Shown: positions 19,538 to 29,786 of the stretch, piece after piece
Position numbering within the stretch: the stretch's first letter is position 1
Layout: each line of letters starts with the position of its first letter
From: Candidatus Cloacimonadales bacterium
GTDB taxonomy: Bacteria > Cloacimonadota > Cloacimonadia > Cloacimonadales > JAFGVF01
Assembly (NCBI GenBank): GCA_963678315.1
Contig: OY782781.1
Location: forward strand, 2,752,001 to 2,816,000
Length of the DNA: 64,000 nucleotides
Direction: 5' to 3'
Notes under the pieces: generated by a model
What the model saw: the letters and a program-made list of their open reading frames with translations, nothing else
Databases searched by the model: none
Told to the model about the DNA's origin: nothing
Made by a program: the position numbers and the translations under genes

Positions 19538-21445
19538 TTATTCTTCATCTTCTAAAACTGATTTAATAGCATCTTCAACCTTTAGAATACCTAAATCACC
19601 TTTAGTATGACGTCTAACTGATACAGAATCAGCTTCAGCTTCTTTACCACCAATAATGAACATGTATGGTATCTTAGAAACTTCAGCTTCTCTTATCTTG
19701 TAACCAATCTTTTCTGTTCTAGTATCAATTTCAGCTCTTATACCAGCAGCTTTGAGTTTTGCAAGAACTTCTTGGCCATATTCATTTACAGAATCAGCAA
19801 TAGGAAGAACTTTAACTTGAACTGGGCATAACCATACTGGGAAGTTTCCTGCATGGTATTCAATTAAAGTACCAAAGAAACGTTCGATAGAGCCTAATAA
19901 AGCTCTATGAATCATATAAGGTCTGTGAGGTTGATTATCTGAGCCTATGTAGTCCATATCAAACCTAGTTGGTAAGTTAAAGTCGAACTGAATAGTAGTA
20001 CATTGCCATGATCTGTTTAAAGCATCCTTAATCTTAATATCAATTTTAGGACCATAGAAAGCTCCACCACCTTCATCTACTTTGTATTCTAAGCCATGTT
20101 TCTCAATTGCTTTCTTGAGTGATTCAGTAGCTTTATCCCATTCTTCAACTTCTCCAACAGCCTTTTCAGGTTTTGTTGATAAGTATATGTCAAAGTTATT
20201 GAAACCGAATTTCTTTAGAATCATTAGAGAGAAGTCTAGTAACTTTTCAACTTCAGTCTCTAACTGATCAGGTGTACATATAATATGAGCGTCATCTTGT
20301 GTAAAACCTCTAACTCTCATCAAGCCATGTAAAGCTCCAGAAAGCTCATTTCTGTACACAGTTCCAAGCTCAGCCATTTTATAAGGAAGCTCACGGTATG
20401 ATCTTCTAGATGATTTGTATATCATTATGTGGAATGGACAGTTCATAGGTTTTACATAATAGTCTATTCCATCCATTTCCATTGAGTCATACATGCCATC
20501 TTTGTAGAAATGCAAGTGACCACTAGTTTCCCACAAAGTACCTTTACCAATATGTGGTGTATAAACTAAATTATAATCATAAGCCAGATGTTGTTCTTTC
20601 CAATAAGACTCTATTTGATGTCTAATCATAGCACCTTTAGGATGCCATAAAACTAAACCTGCACCAATTTCATCATTGATTGAGAAAAGGTCTAATTCCT
20701 TACCAATCTTTCTGTGGTCTCTTTTCTTAGCTTCTTCTAAATTGTTTAAGTGCACCTTAAGATCTTTTTTAGAAGGGAAAGAGATACCATATATTCTCTT
20801 AAGCATTTTATTCTTTTCATCGCCTCTCCAGTAAGCACCTGAAGAACGTAATAATTTAAAAGCTTTAATCTTGCCAGTATGAGTTACATGAGGACCTCTA
20901 CACAAGTCTGTGAAGTCACCTTGAGTATATAACGAAAGAGTTTCATCTTCTGGAATTTCGTTTAAGATCTCCAATTTATAAGGCTCATCCATCTCTTTGA
21001 AAATTTCTATTGCTTCATTTCTTGAAACTTCTTTTCTTGAATAAGGAAGCTTTTGCTTAGAAAGTTCTTTCATCTTGTCTTCGATTTTAACAAGTTCTTC
21101 TTCAGAGAATGCTTTGTCTCGATCAAAGTCATAATAGAAACCGTTTTCTATAGCAGGACCAATAGTTACTTTTACATCTGGATAAAGTTGTTTAACAGCT
21201 TGAGCCATTAAGTGAGCAGTAGAATGCCAGAATATTTCAGGACCTTCTTCTGATTTAAAGGTTATAATTGATACTTCTGCATCTGAATCTATTTTATGAT
21301 TTAAATCTACTTTCTTTCCATTTACTATTCCAGCTAAAGCAGCGTTAGCTAGTCCATCGCTGATACTTCTAGCGACTTCTAATACATCAATTTGTCCTTC
21401 AAACTCTTTTATTGAGCCATCAGGTAATTTAATTTTTAAACTCAT
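19538..21445 (-). CDS. thrS: Threonine--tRNA ligase
   Basis: TGS domain; HSTAHL; DLCRGPH; RDHRKIG; KPMNCP; RVRGFTQDDAH; HRALLGSIERF. Confidence 0.97.
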   Translation of the reverse strand: MSLKIKLPDGSIKEFEGQIDVLEVARSISDGLANAALAGIVNGKKVDLNHKIDSDAEVSIITFKSEEGPEIFWHSTAHLMAQAVKQLYPDVKVTIGPAIENGFYYDFDRDKAFSEEELVKIEDKMKELSKQKLPYSRKEVSRNEAIEIFKEMDEPYKLEILNEIPEDETLSLYTQGDFTDLCRGPHVTHTGKIKAFKLLRSSGAYWRGDEKNKMLKRIYGISFPSKKDLKVHLNNLEEAKKRDHRKIGKELDLFSINDEIGAGLVLWHPKGAMIRHQIESYWKEQHLAYDYNLVYTPHIGKGTLWETSGHLHFYKDGMYDSMEMDGIDYYVKPMNCPFHIMIYKSSRRSYRELPYKMAELGTVYRNELSGALHGLMRVRGFTQDDAHIICTPDQLETEVEKLLDFSLMILKKFGFNNFDIYLSTKPEKAVGEVEEWDKATESLKKAIEKHGLEYKVDEGGGAFYGPKIDIKIKDALNRSWQCTTIQFDFNLPTRFDMDYIGSDNQPHRPYMIHRALLGSIERFFGTLIEYHAGNFPVWLCPVQVKVLPIADSVNEYGQEVLAKLKAAGIRAEIDTRTEKIGYKIREAEVSKIPYMFIIGGKEAEADSVSVRRHTKGDLGILKVEDAIKSVLEDEE

Positions 21446-21450
21446 ATCTA

Positions 21451-22773
21451 TTATTCTCCATTCCTATTTTCATTCTTTTCGATGCTTGTAGATAATCTTT
21501 CAGCAACATCATCTAGTAATTTCATAAGTTCGTTATCAGTTAGATCTTTAGTATTATCAGCAGTTGGTTCTAAGACAAATTTTTCTATGTCTTTTCTTGT
21601 TTTACGCCATTCAGAAATAGTTGGTTCTGTTTCTGCACTATTTAATTGGTCATATACTTCAAATAACTTATTATTCTCTTCAAGTCTTGTTTTCAATGGT
21701 TCTACATCTAGAGCGCTCTTTCTAAGTGGCATATAATATGTATCATAAGACCATTTAGCTGTTTGTTCTTTTTCTGTTAACCATTTAATAAAGTTCCAAG
21801 CCCCTCTTTCTTTCTTATCAGAGCTTTTGAAAATTGCTATATTTGTACCACTAATCACGTTCTTAATCGTTCGATGATGTGGTATTGGTGCTATACCAAT
21901 GTTAAACTTAATCTTGTCGTTATTAGCCATAAAAGCCATTGAAACACTTGACCCTTCATAAGTAAGAACTTTTTCAGCCAAGAAGTCATTCTGACCATCA
22001 AAGCCTTGCACTGTATAAGCAGCTCCTAAGTCAACAAGTAATGTTCTTAAGTATCTTAGAGCTTCAACACCTTCAGGGCTATTAAATTTTGGTTCTTTAC
22101 CATCAACAATCTCTCCCCCAGCTTGCAGAATCAAGTTCACTAGTTGGGTTGTACTGTTGTTAAGGTTTGTCATATAAACCTTTGGATAACCATTCTCATC
22201 TTTTTCAGCTATAACATATCTAGCGTAGTCTAGGTATTCATCCCATGTTTCAGGTGGGTCGTAAGGATCTACACCATATTTAAGAAACATATCTTTGTTG
22301 TAGTACAAAACTCTCACACTCTTATTGAATGGGAAGGTCCATAATGTATCTTGGAAAGTATTACTTCTTAAGAATACAGGGTAGAAGTCTTCGATTATTT
22401 CAGACTTAAGTTCTTTGTCTTCATTTATGAACTTTTGAACTGGGCATAAATCACGTGACTTAATAAAATCAGCTGTTGTATTTTCATATAGTTGGGCTAT
22501 ATCTGGTTGATTACCAGCAGTAATAGAAGCTTGCAACTTTTGAGTTAAAGCAGTATAATTACCAACAGATACTCCATCAACAAATATGGAATCCTGTGAA
22601 CTGTTATATTCCTCAATTAAGTTATCTAAAGATTCACCTAAAGGTCCGCCCATACTATGCCAAAAAGTAATAGTAACTTTATCTTCAGCACTTTTTTTCA
22701 TACAACTAGTTAATGTTAGTAGCATTATTAGAGCTAGACTAATAACAACCACAAATGATAATGCTCGTTTCAT
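21451..22773 (-). CDS. ABC transporter substrate-binding lipoprotein (UgpB-like)
   Basis: Lipobox LTSC; ITFWHSMGG; FPFNKS..LYYNKD; PPETWDE; AWNFIKWL. Confidence 0.88.
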   Translation of the reverse strand: MKRALSFVVVISLALIMLLTLTSCMKKSAEDKVTITFWHSMGGPLGESLDNLIEEYNSSQDSIFVDGVSVGNYTALTQKLQASITAGNQPDIAQLYENTTADFIKSRDLCPVQKFINEDKELKSEIIEDFYPVFLRSNTFQDTLWTFPFNKSVRVLYYNKDMFLKYGVDPYDPPETWDEYLDYARYVIAEKDENGYPKVYMTNLNNSTTQLVNLILQAGGEIVDGKEPKFNSPEGVEALRYLRTLLVDLGAAYTVQGFDGQNDFLAEKVLTYEGSSVSMAFMANNDKIKFNIGIAPIPHHRTIKNVISGTNIAIFKSSDKKERGAWNFIKWLTEKEQTAKWSYDTYYMPLRKSALDVEPLKTRLEENNKLFEVYDQLNSAETEPTISEWRKTRKDIEKFVLEPTADNTKDLTDNELMKLLDDVAERLSTSIEKNENRNGE

Positions 22774-22907
22774 TTTATCTCCAGTTCTTGATTTCTAGTA
22801 ATTTTATCTATACTATTATATCACACAAAATATCTACAATCTAATAGTCAATATTTTTTTTGTTTTCCCAATAATATTAATGTAGGATTAACAATCTATC
22901 AACCTTC

Positions 22908-24353
22908 TTAGAAACTCATGCTAACACCAATTTTATATTCTCTATCCTTCTTATCCAGAGTAGAATATTCTTCTCGATCTGTCTTAAATAGATTATCTAC
23001 TTGACCCCAAAGAGAGCACCAGTCAACAATCTGATAATCTGCCATCATATTCATATTCGTTGAGTTATCTATTTTATTAAAACTATCATCAAGCATATTA
23101 AAATTATGAATTACAGCAAATCCACAATTTAATCTTTGGTATGAATAATTTAAATCAGCAGATATTCTTTCTTCAGCTAGGAATGGAAGTCTAACTTCTG
23201 CAATATTTAAGTCTTGTTTAATTGTATCATCTGAAGACAGTCCTGTTGATATAAACTCAGCTTTTAAAGCAAGACTAAGTTTATTTATCTGCTTTTTAAC
23301 ACTTATATAAGAACTATTTTCCCAATAAGTATCATTGTAGAAACTTAGACCATCGCCACCATTTCTGTATATAGGTCTATCAACCCAATATTTAAAAGAA
23401 TTTCCTACATCGAGACATAGATTATTTGAATAACTAATCTTTATATCTGCATTAACAGGCAAAGCAGAATCCGTATCATTTAAGATATATATGTTATATG
23501 GATTTTTGTTAAAGATATCGTGATAACTTTTAAATTCAAAACCTGGATTATTTTTAAGTGAGAATCCCCAACGATTATTACTAAGTGCAATATTAATTTT
23601 AGGTGCAATTAAGTAGTCATCTCTTGATTTCCCAAACCAAAGTCCTATATTGTTTACATCTTCATAGTATAATTCAATAGAAGATCTATTTTTCTCATGA
23701 TTATATCCAAGTTGCATATTATAGTATAAATTTGAATATATTTCCATAGTTGAAGCAAGGAATATATTTATGAAACTAGCATCATTTAAGCTTTGATCAT
23801 AATACTCATTGCTTAACTTTATTTCGATAATCTTGTTATTCTTATAAAGGTAACTGTATTCAACTTGCCCAATGAACTGGTCATAGCTTACCAAATTACC
23901 AGAGAACTCACTTTCAATATAATCAAGTTCAAAAGCAAATTTATGATTGTTGTCCTTATGAGAAACTAACATGTGCCCTGTATTTTTTTCTCTATCATCA
24001 GAATTTCTATATACCCCAAAATCCATTTTAGCATTAGTATTATTATCACCATATAGTAGATCTAGGTTAAATAAACTCTTGTTACCTCCATTGACTTTCA
24101 GATAGGCAATCGAGTTCTTTGGAGCAAAAAGGAAGTAGTCTGTTTTAATAGGCATGCCATGATAAGTATAATTGAATCTTTCTAAAGAATCTGCTTCTAT
24201 AGGAGCATCATAGTTAACAGGATTTAGTTGAAGAGTATTCTGTAAATCAGCTCTTGTTTCTACAACGATAGGTTCTCTTTCCCCTTCCAAAATATCATCT
24301 TGAGCTGATAGCAATGAAGCAAATAAAAGAATACAAATTATATAATATTTCAT
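22908..24353 (-). CDS. Hypothetical outer-membrane beta-barrel protein (TonB-receptor-like C-terminus)
   Basis: Signal peptide; aromatic/Asn-rich strands; VDNLF...REYKIGVSMSF ending in Phe. Confidence 0.6.
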   Translation of the reverse strand: MKYYIICILLFASLLSAQDDILEGEREPIVVETRADLQNTLQLNPVNYDAPIEADSLERFNYTYHGMPIKTDYFLFAPKNSIAYLKVNGGNKSLFNLDLLYGDNNTNAKMDFGVYRNSDDREKNTGHMLVSHKDNNHKFAFELDYIESEFSGNLVSYDQFIGQVEYSYLYKNNKIIEIKLSNEYYDQSLNDASFINIFLASTMEIYSNLYYNMQLGYNHEKNRSSIELYYEDVNNIGLWFGKSRDDYLIAPKINIALSNNRWGFSLKNNPGFEFKSYHDIFNKNPYNIYILNDTDSALPVNADIKISYSNNLCLDVGNSFKYWVDRPIYRNGGDGLSFYNDTYWENSSYISVKKQINKLSLALKAEFISTGLSSDDTIKQDLNIAEVRLPFLAEERISADLNYSYQRLNCGFAVIHNFNMLDDSFNKIDNSTNMNMMADYQIVDWCSLWGQVDNLFKTDREEYSTLDKKDREYKIGVSMSF

Positions 24354-24361
24354 TGTTGCTC

Positions 24362-27265
24362 CTACTTAATAAGTCTCTGATAAAGTTCATTCTTCTGCCA
24401 TTCTGGAAGAAGACTCTTATATGAATCATAAGATTGCTTTGCTTTCTCGAATCTATTGTTTTCAATCTGAGATAATATTAGATAATATGATGCTTTTACA
24501 TTCAAGTCTTTATATTCTTCAAACAAGAACAAGACTCTCATCATATATAAAGAAGCAGCATTATAATCTTGATTTCTATAACTTTGCAAGCCCAGCAAAT
24601 AATAACTCAAGCTTGATAATCTATCATCATCGCTATCTTTAAGGCTTTCAGCTAATATAATATCTACTTTCTTATTTAGCTTCAAGTCATATTCTATTTT
24701 TAACAAGTTAGCATAATCAGTAAAATTCTTATCCGCATTAAGAACAAATCTTTTGTGAGTAGAAACAAAAGTTGAGTCCTTAGTACTTAATTGAAGTTTT
24801 AGCAGTTTAATCCAAATCTCAGGTTCATTACTATAGCCTATGCCTTCGTTAAGAACAGATTTTGCATTTGTAGTATCTTTTCTTGCAAGGAATACATCAG
24901 CCCAAGCAGAAAATACTTCAGCATCTTTATGTGAATCAGTTAAGGCTGAATAAAGAGAGTCAGCTCTTTCAAATTGATTTGTCTTCGTATATGCTATAGC
25001 TAAATTTTTACTTACGTTTTTATTCTGTCTATCTTGAGGGTTTTCCTTAATTAACTCTTCACCAGTTTTAATTAAATCTTCCCATTTTTCTTCTTGAGAT
25101 TCATATAGTAGAATTATCTGCTTCAAAGTTCTGGAAACATTTTTGTTAGTCATTTTTCTTGCTAAAGTAGCTAATTTAGAACGATAATCTTTATTTTTAT
25201 CACTCAAAACAGACCATTTTATTCCCAAAATAGAATTCTTAAATTCACTTTTCGAAGGATTACTATCAAGAACTTTTATATAAGTATTTAAAGCATCTTC
25301 AAACTGATTCTGATTAAAATAAGAATCGGCAAGATTAAGATTAACATAATTTAGTTTATAACTTTCTGGATACTTCAATGTAAATTCTCTGAAAAGATTA
25401 ACTGCATCTGCATAATTTTTACCATTCATAGCAGAACTTCCAGCTAATATTAGATAATCTTCTGAAGAATTAGAATCTTTAGACAATTCACGGAATTTGC
25501 TCTCTGCTTTTTCAAAATCTTTCATCAAGTAATATGTCCAACCCATTCTACTATTTACCTGATCTATCTGCTTTGCTTCTATAGCATTATCATAAGAAAT
25601 AGTATAATATTCTAGTGCTTTCTCATAATTATTGAGATTGTAGAATACATTTCCCTTAATAAGATTTGCTCTAAATAGATAGAGAGGGTGAGTATCAATA
25701 TTTTGAAGACTAACTATTGTTTCTTCCCATTTACTCAATAAGAAGTTGAGTTCAGATATTCTTAACCAGACAGCATTCTTATCAACAGAATCAGTCATAC
25801 ACATTTCGAAATACTCTAAAGCAACTTCGTAGTTCTCATTTATTGTGTTAATTTCTCCTAAATAGAAATAAGTAGTTGATATATTCACAAAATCAGGATA
25901 TTTCTTAGCTAACTCTGTTAGACTTTCTGCAGATTCCTTGTATTCTCCTAAATTGAAGTAAGAGAGACCCATTTTATAAAGCACTTCGTCATAAAATCTT
26001 CCGTTGGGATAGAGATCTATATAGTTTGTAAGGAATGAAATTGCTTTCTTGTATTCCTTATCAATAAAATAAATATCACTTACTAAGAATAATAATTTTT
26101 CTGATGTGTCATTATCTAAAACTTGGTTTTTTGCCATTAGTATAAGATCTAAAGATTGTTTATAATCTGCTTCAAGATACTTTATATAACTAGTTAAATA
26201 ATATGCATTACCTATATATTTACTATCTGGATTTCTTTCAATAAATTTATTAATTCGTGCAAAAATCAAATTATTTGATTTAATGGTTTGTGCTTTTTCT
26301 TCTTCTGAACCAACTGGGACTTTAATCTCATAATTGACTAGCTCAAAGAAACTCAAATCCTTTATCTTCTTCATATCTGAGTTATCAGATAAATCTCTAA
26401 ACAAACCACTTGCAATTTTCAAGTCTCCAGTAGCCTTATATGCTAATCCTAGATAGAATCTTTTAACATCTGTATCTGGACTAATCGAATTAAAAACCCT
26501 TTTTGCAGATTCAAAATCTCCAGTTTTATAGTAAGCTTGACCCAATATTATGGCATAATCAGAATACAATCTAGAATGTTTTGGAACTCTATAACTATTA
26601 CTAGAAACAATTTTCTTATAATCAAGATTCTCATATAAATAATTATACCATTCTAAGACTATTTGATTAACATATTCATCTTGATATTTACTATATGTTT
26701 CAGATAAAACCTTCTCAGCAGTGTCAATATCATCTTGTTTAATTCTTAACTGGAATTCTAAATACTTAGTCATAGATGAAGAATTTTCTTGCCCAATTTG
26801 AGTTAGATAACTATCAGCTTTGATATATTCCCCATTATCTAAAGCAATTCTTCCTAACCAACAATACACTTCTGTAATGCTAGTATTAGCTGGAAATGAA
26901 GCTATAAATTCATTAGCATATTTGTTGGCATCAACATAATCTTCCTGGAAATAATTTGCTTGTATCAAAGCAACAATAACTAAGGGTCTTATATCACTAT
27001 CAGCAGAAGCTTTACTAATCATCAGAAGTTTTTCTTCTGCTTGACTAAATTTATTTTCTAAAAGCTCAATCATAGCTGTGTAGTATTCTGCTTTAGATTT
27101 TAATTCACTCTGAGGGTACTTCTTTATAAAGTCTTCTAACTGCATCTTTGCAAATTCTAATTCGTCCCTTTGATAAAGTTCCTCGATAAACCTAAAATCC
27201 CTCTTTTCATTTGCATTTAATATTGTTGTTAATATCAGTATCATTATAATAAGTACTTTTCTCAT
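24362..27265 (-). CDS. Exported tetratricopeptide-repeat protein
   Basis: Signal peptide; many TPR units (YKMGLSYFNLGEY, FYLGEI, KYPES); GGAG RBS before MRKVL. Confidence 0.85.
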   Translation of the reverse strand: MRKVLIIMILILTTILNANEKRDFRFIEELYQRDELEFAKMQLEDFIKKYPQSELKSKAEYYTAMIELLENKFSQAEEKLLMISKASADSDIRPLVIVALIQANYFQEDYVDANKYANEFIASFPANTSITEVYCWLGRIALDNGEYIKADSYLTQIGQENSSSMTKYLEFQLRIKQDDIDTAEKVLSETYSKYQDEYVNQIVLEWYNYLYENLDYKKIVSSNSYRVPKHSRLYSDYAIILGQAYYKTGDFESAKRVFNSISPDTDVKRFYLGLAYKATGDLKIASGLFRDLSDNSDMKKIKDLSFFELVNYEIKVPVGSEEEKAQTIKSNNLIFARINKFIERNPDSKYIGNAYYLTSYIKYLEADYKQSLDLILMAKNQVLDNDTSEKLLFLVSDIYFIDKEYKKAISFLTNYIDLYPNGRFYDEVLYKMGLSYFNLGEYKESAESLTELAKKYPDFVNISTTYFYLGEINTINENYEVALEYFEMCMTDSVDKNAVWLRISELNFLLSKWEETIVSLQNIDTHPLYLFRANLIKGNVFYNLNNYEKALEYYTISYDNAIEAKQIDQVNSRMGWTYYLMKDFEKAESKFRELSKDSNSSEDYLILAGSSAMNGKNYADAVNLFREFTLKYPESYKLNYVNLNLADSYFNQNQFEDALNTYIKVLDSNPSKSEFKNSILGIKWSVLSDKNKDYRSKLATLARKMTNKNVSRTLKQIILLYESQEEKWEDLIKTGEELIKENPQDRQNKNVSKNLAIAYTKTNQFERADSLYSALTDSHKDAEVFSAWADVFLARKDTTNAKSVLNEGIGYSNEPEIWIKLLKLQLSTKDSTFVSTHKRFVLNADKNFTDYANLLKIEYDLKLNKKVDIILAESLKDSDDDRLSSLSYYLLGLQSYRNQDYNAASLYMMRVLFLFEEYKDLNVKASYYLILSQIENNRFEKAKQSYDSYKSLLPEWQKNELYQRLIK

Positions 27266-27401
27266 TCTTTCTCCATAAATGGTTTTCTTCATAAAAACAT
27301 GGTTATTCCTTTATAAAAGACTTTCTAGCTTTAATAATGTCAAGATTTTTATCACCAACTTTTTAAAAATTCACTTTGACCACCATATATTTCAAGTTTT
27401 T

Positions 27402-27617
27402 AACTCATTTAATCTAGTAGGCTTCTCGTGAAGAGTGCAGATTCCGTCTAAGCCGGACACGGTATTTCAGCAAAATAATTTACAGAATCGAAGTTTGAAT
27501 AATATATATTCTAGCTGAGATTATGAAAGTTATTCTTGCCATGAGTCTTCGCTAAAGCTACGCCCTCACAGGAATAATATTGTACTATTCTAGAAGTTCT
27601 ACTTTATTAGATGAGTT
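27402..27617. mobile_element. MITE-like family D copy 2 with two nested inserts
   Basis: TIRs aactcatttaatctagtaggcttct / agaagttctactttattagatgagtt; inserts cgtctaagccggacacggta and atgagtcttcgctaaagctacgccctcacagg. Confidence 0.75.
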
Positions 27618-27679
27618 TGGGGAACATATATCCCAAATTTCAATCCCTTAACACCTAACTACTCACTCCTCCTCTTCTT

Positions 27680-27730
27680 CCTTAAGGGCCTCATTGAAAA
27701 ATCGGCTAATTTTCAAGGAGGCAAGTAAGG
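27680..27730. repeat. Family A palindrome copy 3
   Basis: ccttaagggcctcattgaaaaatcggctaattttcaaggaggcaagtaagg, preceded by degenerate heptamers. Confidence 0.8.
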
Positions 27731-28019
27731 AAGCACTATTAAGAGCTAAAATCACAATAGAATTTTTGTTGTTTTCTCAGATTTTAAGCCTACTAAATCA
27801 TGTTGTTTTTTTATTAGAAAGTCATGGATAAATTAAGATATAAAATGTTTTTATTTATAAACAAATTAAGGCTTTGTTAGAGAATTATTGATTTCATTAA
27901 AAATTCTTGACAGCCTATAGAATTTATGAAATAATGTAAAAAAGATTGTATATAATTTGTAATTGTTAACAGATTCAATATACACTCACTATAAATTTAA
28001 ATTTCAAGGAAATTATATA

Positions 28020-29753
28020 ATGAAAAAAGGTTACTATTTTGGCTTCGGATGTCTAACATCTATTGTATTATTAGGATTATTTTTTGTGGCGATGATTGTT
28101 GGTATAAGTCAATTTGCTAAAACATCATACAAACAGCTTAAACCAAGTTCTGCTCTTGTTGTAGAGCTTAAAGGTGAAATCCCAGAATACTCTAGAATTA
28201 AAGATGATAAATTCTTCTTTAAAAGTTCATCTGTTTCTGAAATAGTTGATGCAATTAAAAAAGCTACTTACGATGTAAATATCGATGCTCTTATCCTAAA
28301 ACCTGAAATGTTAATGTGTGGCTACGCTTCTATTAATGAAATTATTGAAGCAATTGAGTACTTTAAAAAATCTGGAAAAGCAGTTACTTCATTTGTAACT
28401 ATAGCATCTAATGCAGATATGCTTATTGCTTCAACAGCTGGAGAAATAGTTATTTCTGAATCATCTTCAGCAGGTGTAATGTTGAAAGGTTATGGCGTTA
28501 ACAGAGCATATTATAAAAGCCTTTTTGATAAATTTGGAATTAAAGTACACGTAATAAGTGCGGGAAAATACAAGGACTATGGAACTCAATATTCTCACAC
28601 ATCTATGAGTAATGAATCTAGAACAAACATTGAAAGAGTTCTTGAAAGTAGATATACAAAATTCATCAACCAACTTGGAAAGCAAAAAGATTTAGTTCCA
28701 TTAGCAATTGACCAAATTATTAAAAATGAGAGTTTTTTAATATTGAACAATTCAGAATCTGTAAAAACTGGTTTAGTTGATGACATCAAGTTCGAAATTG
28801 ATTATGAAACAAGCCTAGAAAAATATTATGATGATACTGTTAGTATTAAAGAATATTTAGCTAGCTTTAAAGTAGATAAAAAAGATAAATTAGATAAAAA
28901 TATTGCAGTTTTATATCTCAATGGTAGTATAATGCCATTAGAATCTGATTTTTCCAAGCTAAGTTCAGGTTGGATTAATGATGCAGTAGAAGATATTTTA
29001 GCAGACAACACAATCAAAGCTTGTGTTGTGAGAGTAAACAGCCCAGGTGGAAGTGCTCTAGAATCAGAGAAAATATTAAGAGTTCTACAAAAATTAAAAT
29101 CACAAATGCCAGTTGTAGTTTCTATGGGTAATGTAGCAGCGTCTGGTGGATATATGATAAGTTGTGTTGGTGATTATATTTTTGCAGATCCATATACCAT
29201 TACTGGTTCAATCGGGGTTGTTCAGTTAATACCAGAACTTAAAGATTTTCAAGAATCTATTGGTATTAATCATGAAAAAGTAGAGTATGGTAAAAAGAGC
29301 GATTGGCTAAACCCTTTGAATGGTATTTCTGAAACACAGAAACAAGCTTATAAAAACTCAGCTGATAACGTTTATAACTCTTTTAAAACCATAGTAATGA
29401 ATGGAAGAAGCAACAAATTTTCTTCTTTAGAAGAAGTTGATAAAGTAGCACAAGGTCAAGTGTGGGATGCAGAAAGCGCATTAGAAAATGGTTTAATTGA
29501 CGAGATTGGATCCTTAACTAAAGCAGCTAAATACTCAGCATCTAAAGCAAATATTGACCAATACCAAATTAAAAACTTCCCAGTAAAAAAAGATATTTTT
29601 GAACTATTCATGGCAGATCAACTAGGATTAGACCAAGTTAAAACCATGTTAATGAAAAATACTTCCAATACTCTCTATGAACAAAAAGTATTCTTTGACG
29701 CAATCAAAAATAATAGCATTCAAACATTAATGCCTATTAGCTTCGATAATTAG
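28020..29753 (+). CDS. sppA: Signal peptide peptidase SppA (protease IV, long form)
   Basis: RVNSPGGSA, VSMGNVAASGGY, TITGSIGV, QGQVW, GLIDEIG. Confidence 0.92.
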   Translation: MKKGYYFGFGCLTSIVLLGLFFVAMIVGISQFAKTSYKQLKPSSALVVELKGEIPEYSRIKDDKFFFKSSSVSEIVDAIKKATYDVNIDALILKPEMLMCGYASINEIIEAIEYFKKSGKAVTSFVTIASNADMLIASTAGEIVISESSSAGVMLKGYGVNRAYYKSLFDKFGIKVHVISAGKYKDYGTQYSHTSMSNESRTNIERVLESRYTKFINQLGKQKDLVPLAIDQIIKNESFLILNNSESVKTGLVDDIKFEIDYETSLEKYYDDTVSIKEYLASFKVDKKDKLDKNIAVLYLNGSIMPLESDFSKLSSGWINDAVEDILADNTIKACVVRVNSPGGSALESEKILRVLQKLKSQMPVVVSMGNVAASGGYMISCVGDYIFADPYTITGSIGVVQLIPELKDFQESIGINHEKVEYGKKSDWLNPLNGISETQKQAYKNSADNVYNSFKTIVMNGRSNKFSSLEEVDKVAQGQVWDAESALENGLIDEIGSLTKAAKYSASKANIDQYQIKNFPVKKDIFELFMADQLGLDQVKTMLMKNTSNTLYEQKVFFDAIKNNSIQTLMPISFDN

Positions 29754-29786
29754 ATAATGATATAAAAACTGTTGCAAAGGATTGCA

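Noticed and set aside
21445..21451. T-box upstream of thrS
   Set aside because: Only 5 nt separate thrS from the upstream gene.
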